Of a stretch of DNA of 64,000 bases, positions 37,573 through 49,895 are shown piece by piece. This DNA is from Chiloscyllium plagiosum (taxonomy: Eukaryota), in the NCBI RefSeq assembly GCF_004010195.1, contig NC_057755.1, positions 6,806,529 through 6,870,528 of the forward strand, given 5' to 3'. The stretch's first letter is position 1. Every line of letters starts with the position of its first letter. A model generated the notes under the pieces. It saw nothing but the letters and a program-made list of their open reading frames with translations. It had not been told where the DNA came from and made no database searches. The position numbers and the translations under genes were made by a program.

Positions 37573-39710
37573 ATTTGTTCCTGTCCCTGGGGTCGATGTG
37601 GGCTAGTCCCACTTGGTACTGCACATGCTGTTAACGTAGTGGGATCTTGCTCTTCTCTGTGTCAGCCCTTGTTGTCCAAATCGGGGGTGAGGGAGATAAA
37701 GCCCCTTTCTGACTGGGTAGGGTGGTGGGGAGGGGCAGAGAGATGCCTGGTATACTGCTGTGCATGAAGTCACACACAGTCGAAAGGCCAGTCAGTCAGT
37801 GCACATCATCCCAGTGTCACCATCCTCTTCAGCCCAGTGTCGATGACTCACTTGGGGGTGGGGGGTGTGGTTATTGTGAAAGACGTAGACACATAGCGGG
37901 CTTTTATATCCAGTAATTGAGGAGCAGAAAGGAAAAGCAGAAGAGGAGACTTTTTTGGGGGGTGGGTTTAAATTAGACCATGACAATTGGTGGGCGCAAG
38001 ATGTTTGGGAGAAGTGCAATATTTGGACTGAGGGTGAAGGGGCAATTTTGGGAGAATGCAAAACCTTGAGGGGGTGCGCTCAAAAATGTAGGGGCTGGAA
38101 AAAGGAAATGGGGTGTCTGAAATCATAAATGTGGAAGACTTAAAAATCTGGGAAGGGCAGCAAAATGGAGATGAGACAAAATTGTGGGTAATTATGTTAC
38201 TCCCATTTTTTACCAACCTCCCCTGCAGCTCTCGACTGGGAGGGGCAAAATTGTTGGGGGGGGGGTTGAATTTGGATGTGTACCATTTGGCTAGAAGGCA
38301 AAATTGAGAGATGCTAATATTGTGGAGACTACAAGATGAGGCAGATAAAATATGGCGTGAGGGGAGATTCTATCCAGTCTGTCAGTTTGTAGAGGGGAGT
38401 AAAGCAGCACCTGGTGGGGTCAATGAGACAAGAGAGCATTAGGGGAGGTGGCAGATTTTGTGGCGGCCACAAAACCAGGGAAGATACAACATCGGTGGGA
38501 AGGTAATTGGGTGGGGACAGTATTTGAGGAAAGGGACAAACTGGGCGGGGTGTAAAGTGGATAAAGCTCGTTTGTCTGGAATGGGGGAGTGACTGGAAAT
38601 AACAGGAACTTGGGATCTTGCTGTGCATCCCCGTGATCAGTCCCTGCCTGCGCTCATTGTGTGTGGGGGCAGGTTGGGGTAGCAGGAAAGAAATGTCTCC
38701 ACAGGAAGGGCCATTCGGAGGTAATACCTGAGGATCCCGGGACAGGACCCACACCATTTCATGGTGGGAGGGGTGAGGTTAGATATGATGGGCTGAAGGA
38801 CATCTTGTGCGGGCACATGAAGTGTCAGGGATTCAGGGACTAGGATCTCGCTGTGCGTCGTGGAGGAGAGGGGAGCAGTCACGGGCTGGTCCATCCACTC
38901 AGACACCTTTACCGAAAGCCCAGGGGGTCTGGGTCAGCGAGGGGTGGGGTATGTAAGACATGGAGGGCAGTGCAGAGGGGCTTTTATGTTGAGTGAGAAT
39001 AGTGTGGGAGAGTCGGGGCAAAAGGGACACTGCACAATCTGGGAGGTGGCAAAGATGCAGGGTGTGAACAATGGGGAAGGAATCACATAATTAGGGCAGA
39101 TACAAATCTTGGGGAAACAGCAGAAAAAAAAGTGGGGTTAAAAATGAGAGCAATTATGTTCCCACACCCCCATTTCTGACTCCTCCACCACATATTCTAA
39201 TGGTGATCATGGGTGGGGGGGCGTATAGGGTGGGGGTTGCCAAACTGGGGACAGATGCAACATCTGGGGAGTTGGCGTCTAAATTTGAGTTTGCCATATA
39301 ATTGGGGAGGAGGAATATTTGGGTCAAACTGGGGAGTGGGTGCTGTGGTGTCATTTGAAGCCCGTTTCTCAGTGTTGGGGTGATGAGTGGGCAAAAGGGT
39401 GCGTCAGCGATTGGTTGGACATTGGGATCTTGCTGTGCCTCTCTACTATCAGTCTGCATGTGCTCATTGTATGGGGCCCACAGTGGGCTATCAGGGAGGA
39501 TTCAGGGTGCAAAGACAGACAGCGAACGATCAAGACAGAAAAAAAGAAAGACAGAGAGAAAGGCAGAGAGAAAATTAAGAAAAAAACAGTGAGAGAGGGA
39601 AAGACAGTGAAAAAGAAAAAAAAACAAGGATTAACACAACGAGAGAGAGGGAAAGACAGACGCACAAACAGAACATGACTGAGACACACGCACATAGACA
39701 AAAATACAGA

Positions 39711-40210
39711 NNNNNNNNNNNNNNNNNNNNNNNNNNNNNNNNNNNNNNNNNNNNNNNNNNNNNNNNNNNNNNNNNNNNNNNNNNNNNNNNNNNNNNNNNN
39801 NNNNNNNNNNNNNNNNNNNNNNNNNNNNNNNNNNNNNNNNNNNNNNNNNNNNNNNNNNNNNNNNNNNNNNNNNNNNNNNNNNNNNNNNNNNNNNNNNNNN
39901 NNNNNNNNNNNNNNNNNNNNNNNNNNNNNNNNNNNNNNNNNNNNNNNNNNNNNNNNNNNNNNNNNNNNNNNNNNNNNNNNNNNNNNNNNNNNNNNNNNNN
40001 NNNNNNNNNNNNNNNNNNNNNNNNNNNNNNNNNNNNNNNNNNNNNNNNNNNNNNNNNNNNNNNNNNNNNNNNNNNNNNNNNNNNNNNNNNNNNNNNNNNN
40101 NNNNNNNNNNNNNNNNNNNNNNNNNNNNNNNNNNNNNNNNNNNNNNNNNNNNNNNNNNNNNNNNNNNNNNNNNNNNNNNNNNNNNNNNNNNNNNNNNNNN
40201 NNNNNNNNNN
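39711..40210. other. Assembly gap (exactly 500 N, probably a nominal scaffolding join of unknown true size)
   Basis: Run of N with a round length. Confidence 1.
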
Positions 40211-43200
40211 AGGAATAAACAAATGACAAGAGTAAGATTAGGGCCGAACAAGGATAGTAGTGGGATGTTGTGCGTAGAGTCAGAGGATATAGGGAAACAG
40301 CTAAAAGAGTATTGTTTTGTCAGCATTCACAACAGAAAAAAAAATGTGTCGAAGAAAATACTGAGATACAGGCTACTCGACTAGATGTGAGTGAGTCAAG
40401 ATTAGATTGTGCTGGAAAAGCACAGCAAGTCAGGCATCATCTAAGGGGCAGGAAAATCGACATCTCAGGTGGTGAAGACATAAATGGGATAGGGATGGGG
40501 CTGGCGGGAATGTAGCTGAGTGAAATAGGTCGATGGAAGTGGGGGTAAAGATGATAGATCAAAGGGAGTGTGAAGCAGATAGGTTGGGAAGAAGATGGAC
40601 AGGTTGGAAAGGTCATGAGGGCGGTGCTGAGCTGGAAGGTTAGAACTGGGGTAAGGTGGGGGGGAGGGGAAATGAGGGCACTGACGAAGTCCACATTGAT
40701 ACCATGGGTTGGAAGAGTGCTGCGGCGGAAGATGAGGCATTTTTCATCGAGATGGTAAGGGAGTGGTGATGGAGGAGGTCCAGAACCTGCATGTCATTGT
40801 CAAACTGGGAGGGGGAGTTGAAATGTTCGGCCACAGGGTGGTGGGGAACGGTTTAATTTGTGCAGGTGATCCGGAGATGTTATATGAAGCACACTCCAAG
40901 TAGGCAGCCAGTGTCCCCAATGTAGAGGAGACCGCATTGGGAGCAACGGCGACAGTAAATGACTTGTGTGAAAGTGCACGTGAAACTTTTATGGATGTGG
41001 AAGGCTCCTGTGGGGCTTCAGAAGTAGATGAGGAGGGAGGTGTGGGCACAGGTTTTGCAATTCTTGCGGTGACAGGGGAAGGTACTGGGAGGGGATGGTG
41101 GGTTTTTAGGGGATGTGAGCCTGATCAGGTAATATTTAAGAGAACAGACTTTGTGGAAAGCAGTAGGTATGGGAAGGGAAATATATCTCTTGTGCTGGGT
41201 TCAGTTTGTAGATGATGGAAATGTTGACAGATGATGCGATTTATGCGGAGGTTGGAGGGGTGGAAGGTGAGGACCAGGGCGGTTCTCTCCGAGTTGCAGT
41301 TGGAGGGGACAGGTTCGAGGGCAGAGGTGCAGAACGTGGATAAGATGCACTGAAGGGCATCTTCAACCATGTGGAAGGGGAAATTGCTGTCTTGAAAGAA
41401 GGAGGCCATCTGGTGTAATCTGTGGTGGAACTGGTCCTTCTGGGAGCAGATGTGGTGGAGGCAGAATAATTGGGAATAAGGGATAGCATTTTTACTGGAA
41501 GCAGGATGAGAGGAGGTGTAATCCGGGTCGCTGTGGGAGTCGGTGGTCTTGTAAAAAAGGTCAGTGTTGTGTTGGTCACCGGTTTTGTAGATGGAGAGGT
41601 TCAGGAAGGGGAGGGAGTTATCAGAGATGGTCCAGGTGAATCTAAGTTTGGTGTGGAATGTGTTGGTGAAGTTGCTGAATTGTTCAACCTCCTCATAGGA
41701 GCACGATGTGACGTCGATGCAGTCATCAATGCAACGGAGGAAGTTGTGGGGAGTGGTGCCATTATAACACCAGAAAATGGACTGTTCTACACAGCTGATG
41801 AAGAGACAGGCATAGCTGGGGCCCATGCGGGAACCCATGGCTACTGCTTTTGTCTGGAGGACGTGGAATGATTTGAGGAGAAATTATTGAGGATGAGGAA
41901 CACTTAGCCATACAAATAAGAGTGTGAGTGGAAGGTTACTGGTGGTGACATAAGGAGAGGAAGTTTTTATACGTAGCCGACAAATGGCGAGATGGGATTG
42001 AGGTTCCAAAGGGGGAGGCATTAGCAATTCTGTTAAGTGTGAAAATAAATAAGTCCCCTGGTCCAAATGCGTTTATATTACAATTCTCTGGAAAGCCAGG
42101 GAGGAGATTGCTGAGCCTTTGACTTTGATGTTTATGTCTTCTTTGCCTGCAGAAATAGCACCAGAAGACTGGAAGTTTGGAAATGTTGTTCCCTTCTTTA
42201 AGAAGGGGAGTAAAGACAACCCTGATAGTTATAGACCAGTGAGCCTTACTTCGGTTGTGGGTAAAGTGTTTGAAAAATTTATCAGAGATAGGATTTATAA
42301 TCATCTGGAAAGAAATAAGCTGATTAGGGATTTTCAACACAGTTTTGTAAAGGGTAGATCGTGCCTCACAAACCTTATTGCGTAAATTGGCGATGAGATC
42401 AAACAGGTAGATGAGGATAAAGCGAAATTCAGTTAGGCGTTTGATAAAACTGCCCACAGTACGCTATTGCACAAAACACGGAGGCATGGGATTGAGGGCG
42501 ATTTCGTGGTTTGGATCCGAAATTGGCTACTTGAAAGAACGCAGAGCGTGTTAGTTGATGGGAAATGTTTATCCCGGAGCACAGTTACTAGTGGAGCACT
42601 GCACGGATCTGTTTTCGGTCCACTGTTGTTGGTCAGTTTTTTTAAAAAAAAATAACCTGGATGAGGACTTGGAAGGATGGGTTAGTAACTTTGCTTATTA
42701 CACTAAGGTCGATATAGTTTTGGACAGTGCAGAAGAATGTTGGAAGTTGGAGAAGGACATGTATAAGCTGCAGAGCTGGTCTAAGAGGTGGAAAATGGAG
42801 TTCAATGTGGACAAATGTGAGGTTATTCACTTTGAAAGGAGCAACAGGAATACAGGGTCTTGGGCAAAAATGTTAAGTTTCTTGGCGGTGGTTCAGCGGA
42901 GGGATCTCAGTCTGCATGTACATACATCACTGAAGGTTGCAACTCAATTTGATTGGTTTGTAAAGAAGACATATAATATGTTCACTTTTATTGGTAGAGG
43001 GATGGAGTTTCGGAACCATGAGGTCATGGTGCAGCTGTACAAATCTCTGCTGCGGCCGCACATGGTCTATTGTGTACAATTCTGGTCACTACATTATTGG
43101 AAGGATGTGGATGCTTTGGAAAGGGTTCAGAGGCGATTAACTCAGATGTTTCCTGATTTGGAGGGAAGGTCTTTCGTGTAAAGGCTGAGATACTTGTGGC

Positions 43201-43578
43201 TGTTTCCGTGAAAGAAAAGGTTGGAGGCGACTTAATGAGACATATAAGAAAATCAGAGGGTTAGGAGAACAGTCAGTGCTATTTTTCCTTGGATGGTGAT
43301 GGCTCGCACGAGTGGGTCAAAAGTTTAAATGGAGGGGTGACAGATATAGGACAGATGTCAGAGGTAGTTTGTTTCCTCAGAGAGTACTAGGGGCGGGGAA
43401 TGCACGACCTGCATCAGTTTTAGACTCTCCAAACTTAACGGGATTTAAATTATCATTGAATAGACATATGGACGAAAGTGGAATAGTGTAGGTTAGATGG
43501 GCTTCTGATTGGTTTCACAGATCGGTGCAACATCGAGGCTGAAGGCCCTGTACTGCACTGTAATGTTCTATGTTCTAA
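40211..43578 (+). mobile_element. CR1 LINE (copy 2 of the intronic element), interrupted by a PLE
   Basis: ORFs 42119-42385 and 42555-43181 are RT-like. Tail aatgttctatgttcta at ~43562-43577. Confidence 0.88.
40388..41989 (-). mobile_element. Penelope-like element nested in CR1, with its 3' pLTR retained
   Basis: ORF 41125-41838 (MGSRMGPSYACLF...FLRCIDD...). Flanked by a duplicated AGATG (40383-40387 and 41990-41994) within the CR1 sequence. Confidence 0.9.
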
Positions 43579-46148
43579 GTAGTATAGATAAAATTAATAC
43601 ACCATTTACAATGTGTAGGAAATAAAGCAAAAATACTCGGAGAGATATTTTCAAAATCCGTAACGTTTCAGGATCTGTTGATACTACTATTAGGAAAGGT
43701 AAAACGAAACTTAACTTTGACAGTCGGCACTTTGAAACAAAAAAATGTGATGATAATGCCCAGCCATTTCCCATTAGGATGGGAATGAGGATTGTTTATA
43801 ATTTGGGGAAACCGACGGATATATGATGTCAAGTATGTGTTGGTGAAGTCGGTCAGTGAGTTATTTAATGTATCATGGATCATGGAAAAATGGGAGATGA
43901 ATAAACGATTAACACAAGACCTCATGCAAATATTGAAGATGAGGAGGAGTTTTGATATAAACAGAAGAAACCAATTATTTTTGCTGACATTTTAGAAAAA
44001 GAAACCTAAAACGATTGAAATTAATTAGTTTAAAATCCTGTTTTACAATAAGACATGAGATGACAGGTGATAGTTTAACCTGAGAAACACCTTGTCTCAG
44101 ATGAGAGAAGCGGATCTGAAGGAGAGTCCTTCATGGAAACCTCAGTCAAATACACTTTGCTCATCACTCAGCAGACACAAACCAAATGCCTCCTCAATAA
44201 ATTATGGTGAATTAAATTCACTTCAGTTTCACTCGCCACATTTGTATCCTATTACGACCTGCAAATTTCTTTTATATTTGAAACCAGACAGTGGTGTGAA
44301 TTCTGTTGATAGAATGATTTCTATACGGGAGTCACAATTGGAGATTAGACTGATGGTTCGGCACTGGAACGAATTATACCATCCAGATTATTGACTTTTC
44401 CTCTTCCATCAGCAGAATGAATTGCAAAATTCTCACTCGCTATTGACTCATATGTAGCAAACAATGGAAGATGAAATATTTGAATATTTTATATTGCCTG
44501 GTGTGTTTGCATTTGTAAGTCACAACATCTTCTCTAAGACTAGCTTCGTCATGTTAACAAAAAGATCTCTCTCAGATCAGGATTAACTTCTTAAATTTCA
44601 ATCGAAATTAATTGTCTTGCGTGATGGAACTACAGAATCATTTTTCACCCACTGATAGAGCTATAGTGTTGGACAGCATGGAACCTAACCTTTTAGTCTA
44701 AGTCGTCCATGCATATCAGATGTTCAATATCTCAGTGGTCTCATTTGACAGCAGTTGACATATATCCCTCTAAACCCTACCTATTCATATAGGCATTCAG
44801 GTGTCTTTTAAATGTTTTAATTGTACCAGTCTCCACCACCTCCTCTGGCAGCTCATTCTGTACAAACTCCATTCTCTGCATGAAAAAGTTGCCGCTAAGT
44901 TCCCTGTTATTTTTTTCCCTTCTTCACTCTCAATCTGTGCCCTATAGTTTTGGAATCTGCTACCCTGAGTAAATTACCTTGCCTATTCGCATGATTTTAT
45001 AAATCCCTGTAAGGTCATCCCTCAACCTCCAATGCTACAGTGAAAATAGTCATATTCTATGCATTCTGTCCCTTCAGCGGAAAACTTCCAACCTGAGCAA
45101 TATCCTCATACATCTCTTATTAGTTTTCACATTGCAGGCTTCTAAGAATATATATTTGATCCTAAAATCTGATATTCTGTTTTGTGCATCTCTGCTATCT
45201 TGTTATTGAAGTCGAGGTCAGGATCTGAATTAGTGTTTGGACCATTTGTTGAAGAAGTATTGTGCCTGTTAAAGCAACAACACAAAGTTGTTTGCTTCCT
45301 GATTGTCCACTTATTTCAACGTTTTTAAAGTTCAGAGAATCGAAACATAGTTCTACGAATCAAATGAATAGTCTTTGGAGCCGACAGTATGTTTTCTGCA
45401 TGTATCGGCATCATCTGAAATCAAGAAATCTGCAATCTCCTGTGACAGTGATGATCTAGATTGTCGAAGCAGCGAAAGCAAGGTGACCATTAAATCGCAT
45501 TTAATGTGTTTTTCTTTGTCACTTATTCCTTAATGTGCCTGTTTGTCTGTCTGTCTTGTTGTCAGAGTACCATCTCTAATCCTAGAGTACTGGAGTTAAA
45601 ACTGAACCATTAGTTAGATTAGATTGCTGCTGAAAAATTGCTATACTTAGGTTAATATATTGTTAAAAAATGTTAAGTCTTTTGTTTGATGTATAGACTT
45701 CTATATGGTGTTGGTTATTCACAAAGTCTATGTCTGGCGATTAAAAGAGTCTGTTTAGGAACTATTGCAATCAATGTTGTAAGCTACTCAGCATTTTAAT
45801 TTTCCTGCATAGTAAATGCAAGTACCTGTAGAGGGAAATGGATTTGATTTGGTTGTCAGTCTTTGTATCTGAATAAATGTAATCTATTCTAAGGGCAACT
45901 TCATTCATGCATTTTCAATAAGTTGAAAGAAATTCAATGGATTATGCTGGAAACAAGCCAACATATCAGTCCCTCCATTCTTTGTATTCAGTGATTTTTT
46001 TATCCCATGGTGCATGTTCCATTACTCAGATGAAAAAAGACATTGCATGGAATTCTGTGTTGCAAATGATTCCACATTTCGTCCCAACATTTGTAGACTT
46101 TTGTTGTGATTGATTCAAATTTATGACATTTGCTCATTTAAATTCCAG

Positions 46149-47062
46149 CAAACTTGATGACAGTGATAATTCTCTCCAGGGGAAATTGCGGCCTTTCCAG
46201 TTGCACCTCTGCCTATATGATCGCCATGGCAACAGCAGCATTACTCGTCTTAATCTTCAATATAACTGTGTTTCATATTCTCAGTGATCACTTTCCAAAT
46301 TCCTTCCTTTCCTACACTGGTTTTTGTAAGTTCCTTAATTATATGAGCTCAGCCAACCTGGGCTTGACAGTGTGGTCCACAATCGTGTTCACATTTGATC
46401 GATATGTAGCTATATGTTGTGAGAGGCTGAAAAGAAAATATTGCAGAGTGAGGACAGCGGCTGCAGTTATAATGATCACGACTGCCCTGGTTTACCTGGA
46501 GAACATACCCTTTTTGTTGGCATATGAACCTCAGAGGGTAATTGATCAGTTAGAGTGGGGTTGTCAGGCTAAGTTGAAATTTTTCACTTCGCCATTGGGT
46601 ACAGCATTCTCCTGGTTACAAACTCTTTTAGTTATTTGGCTTCCATTTTCTTTGTTATTCACATTTAATTGCTTGACCATCAGACGAATTGTGCTCGCTA
46701 ATAGATCTCGCAGAGCTGTCCGGCGACACAATAGTGAGAATCAAAAAGACCCAGAGATGGAAGGTCGAAGGAGGTCCATTATTTTACTCTTCACTATATC
46801 GGGAAGTTTTATTCTTCTCTGGCTGACAGTTGCTGTGAGCTTCTTATCAACAAGGATAACGAATACTACACATTATCGAGGTGATTATACAGCTCCTGCC
46901 TACATTGCCACTGAAACTGGCTACCTGCTCATGTATTTGAGTTCATGCAGTAACGTGTGTATTTATACAGCCACACAAAGTAAATTCAGGGAAGAACTGA
47001 AGGAAGTGATGACATTTCCTTGGCCATTAATTCTGGCGTTGTTCAATCGAAAGAAAATGTAA
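46149..47062 (+). CDS. gpr139-like: Terminal coding exon of GPR139-like class A GPCR, copy 2
   Basis: Acceptor ttccAG at 46147-46148, then CA AAC TTG ATG. Intact ORF about 89% identical in protein to copy 1, with the DRY motif. AATAAA at ~47128 and ~47250. Confidence 0.92.
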
Positions 47063-48179
47063 CGGAAAGTAAACACTACGTCAAACACCTTTGTATTCCT
47101 CTGCCTCCGAAAGTTCTGTTGAGTAGAAATAAAGTCTCTTACATTTTAATTTCTCTATTGACAAACTGAATACTTCAAGAAAGAGTGAGAAGTGTTCAGT
47201 TATATGCATTTCTCGTGAATGATGTTTCGTAAGTTACTCATATCAATGAAATAAAACAAGTAAACTTTATTACCGTGTGTGGGCTCCATTCAAGTCATCT
47301 TGATGTGAAGGGGGAGGATTCTACTCTAATAAACCCAGAACCCCTGATTTCATATCAATTCATTGTTCTTTCAAGGTGAAATTACCAAGAACGCCCTGCT
47401 GTCTCAATCCTGCCACCTGTCTGCAGTGCAGTGAATCTCAGAGTCATCTCAACCAACGTGGGAGGAGCTGATGGCCCTCTGGGACGATGGTGAATTAGGG
47501 ATGAAAGGGTGTTTTGTTAATGAGTGCATGAGGCTGGGAGCAATTCAGATGAATATTCTGATATGGAAGAGAGATTCCTATAGATAATAATGAGTACAAC
47601 AGACAATTCAATTCAAAGTGAATAATTGCAAGAATCATGGGTCCTGCAGCAGATTATGTCAGCGAGATGCACGGTCATGGCAAGGTGACTTGACTGGTGC
47701 CCATGCATTGAAGCTTTCGCAGAAAAGGTTGTTGTAACATTACACAAACAGATGCAAGGACTATTTAGGCGTAACATTTATTGGATTATACAGAAAATGG
47801 CCTGAGTTTGGAAAACTGAGGACCTAATATCAAAGTTAGAGGATTTCAGTAATTGAACAGCTCTGAAAGTTCAATCCCGAGTATGCCATGCGTTATATTA
47901 ACTTCAGATTTAAGATTCTCAGGAGACCTGTCAATGTGACTAATTGATCTTGCTGGAGCTGTGGAAACATAAACATTATCTCTGCAAAAACATTGGAGAT
48001 ACCCTTCCTTGTATTCTTGTGGTATCACAGAAATAATGTGAGACAGTAGATTGCATCAGGATTCTCCATGGTAATACATTGACCATGCAAGACGCACTTT
48101 TCAACTTGTCACCCATATTTTCCCATGTTCTCAGGCGAAGGCCCAGAGTTGCTTTAGTTAAACTGTTCATTTCTCAGAT

Positions 48180-49200
48180 CGCGCTTTCAAGATCCTTGAA
48201 GGGGAGGGGGAGCAGCCCCAAGTCGTGGTCACATACGCACTAATGTCATAGGTATGAAAAAGGATGGGAATTTCAATCAGAAATTCGGTAGCTAGGGTGG
48301 AAGTTTGGAGTGAGAACAAACAGAGTGGTTATCAGTGGTTTGTTGCCTGTGCCATGTGCTAATGAGGCAACGAAGCCCCAAGTCGTGGTCACATACGCAC
48401 TAATGTCATAGGTATGAAAAAGGATGGGAATTTCAATCAGAAATTCGGTAGCTAGGGTGGAAGTCTGGAGTGAGAACAAACAGAGTGGTTATCAGTGGTT
48501 TGTTACCTGTGCCATGTGCTAGTGAGGCAACGAATAGAGAGAATGGAGCTGAGCATGTGGCTACAGGTATGGTGCAGGAGGGGTTTGGATATCTGGATAA
48601 CTGTGGGCTCATTCAGGGGAAGGTGGGACCTCCAGAAACAGGATGGCCTACACCTGAACTAGAGGAGCACCAAAATCCTGGGGTGGGTGGGGTGGGGGGG
48701 GGGGGGGAATGTTTGCTAATGCTGTTTGGGAGGGTTTGAACTTATTCACCAGCAGGATGGGAACGTAGCTCCAGTATCGAGGAGGTTGAGAGTAGTGAGT
48801 TCAGAAATATGGCTTCAAGGTCACAAGAGTGCACTGACAAGCGGGAACTTGATTTGAAGTGTGTCTACTTCAACACCGGCAGATTCCAGAACAAGTTGGG
48901 TGAAGTTGCAGCATGAGTTGGTATCTGGAACTTCAATGTTGTGCACATTTCAGAGAGCTGTTTCGAGCAGGCACGGGAACGAATATTGAACGTTCTGGGA
49001 TTCAGACGTTTCAATGAGAACAGAGAAGATGGCATTGTTTGTCAAGGGCAGTATTTCAAGAGCAGAAAGGATGCTTGAGGACTCGTCTACTGTGATGGTA
49101 CGAACTGATGTTAGAAACAAGAAAGGAGTTGGCAGTTTTCCATATGCCTCTGAATAGTTCCAGAGATGTAAACAAAATTATAGCAAAGATGATTCTGGAT
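48180..49200 (+). mobile_element. CR1 ORF1-end/ORF2-start fragment containing a 160 bp tandem duplication (48214-48373 / 48374-48533)
   Basis: RVVISGLLPVP ORF1 motif. agccccaagtcgtggtcacatacgcac starts at 48214 and 48374. Confidence 0.8.
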
Positions 49201-49424
49201 CAGAAACAGTAAACTCAGAGCCCCAGAAAAAATCATTTAACCGAATAAAGAATTATCTGAACGAAATGGTGCCCGCCTATCTCAATTGGATAATCGAGGT
49301 CCATCTGTATACTGGAAACCTGCAGTTGTGGTTGATCGACTGGAATAAAATCTGAAAACGAAATGTATCTGCTCCATGAATGCCCTTTAAGTTTGGAAAA
49401 TTGTCGTACTTACATGGTGATAGA

Positions 49425-49895
49425 AGCAGAGTCACCGAGTCTGACAGCACAGAGAAAGGCCCATTGACCCAAACTGGTCCATGCCGACCAAAATGTCCAT
49501 CCACAATAACTCAATTTCCCTTCACTTGGCTCGTATCCTTCTAATCCATTCCTCACCATGTATTTGTCCAATGCCCTTTTAAATGCTGTTGTTGTACACA
49601 CTTCGACCACTTCGATTGGCATCTCATTCCATAAGTGTGCCACTCTCTGAATAAAACATTTCCCCCACAGGTTTCCTTTTACTTTTTTCCCCTCGGACCT
49701 TCAACTGATATCATCCAATCCTCAATTCCCTATACCTGGGAAAAACACTGAGTACTTTCATCCCATCCATACCGCTCATGATCTTAAACACTTCTATAAG
49801 ATCGCACATCAGTCTAATATACTCTGAGCAAAAAAGACCTAGCTTCACCAATCTCTCCCGATTACTCAGACAATTGAGTCCTGACAACATCCTTG
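49425..49895 (-). mobile_element. CR1 3' end fragment
   Basis: ORF 49410-49643 (HLWNEMPIEVVEV...FKRALDKYM) is a typical CR1 ORF2 C-terminus. Confidence 0.75.
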
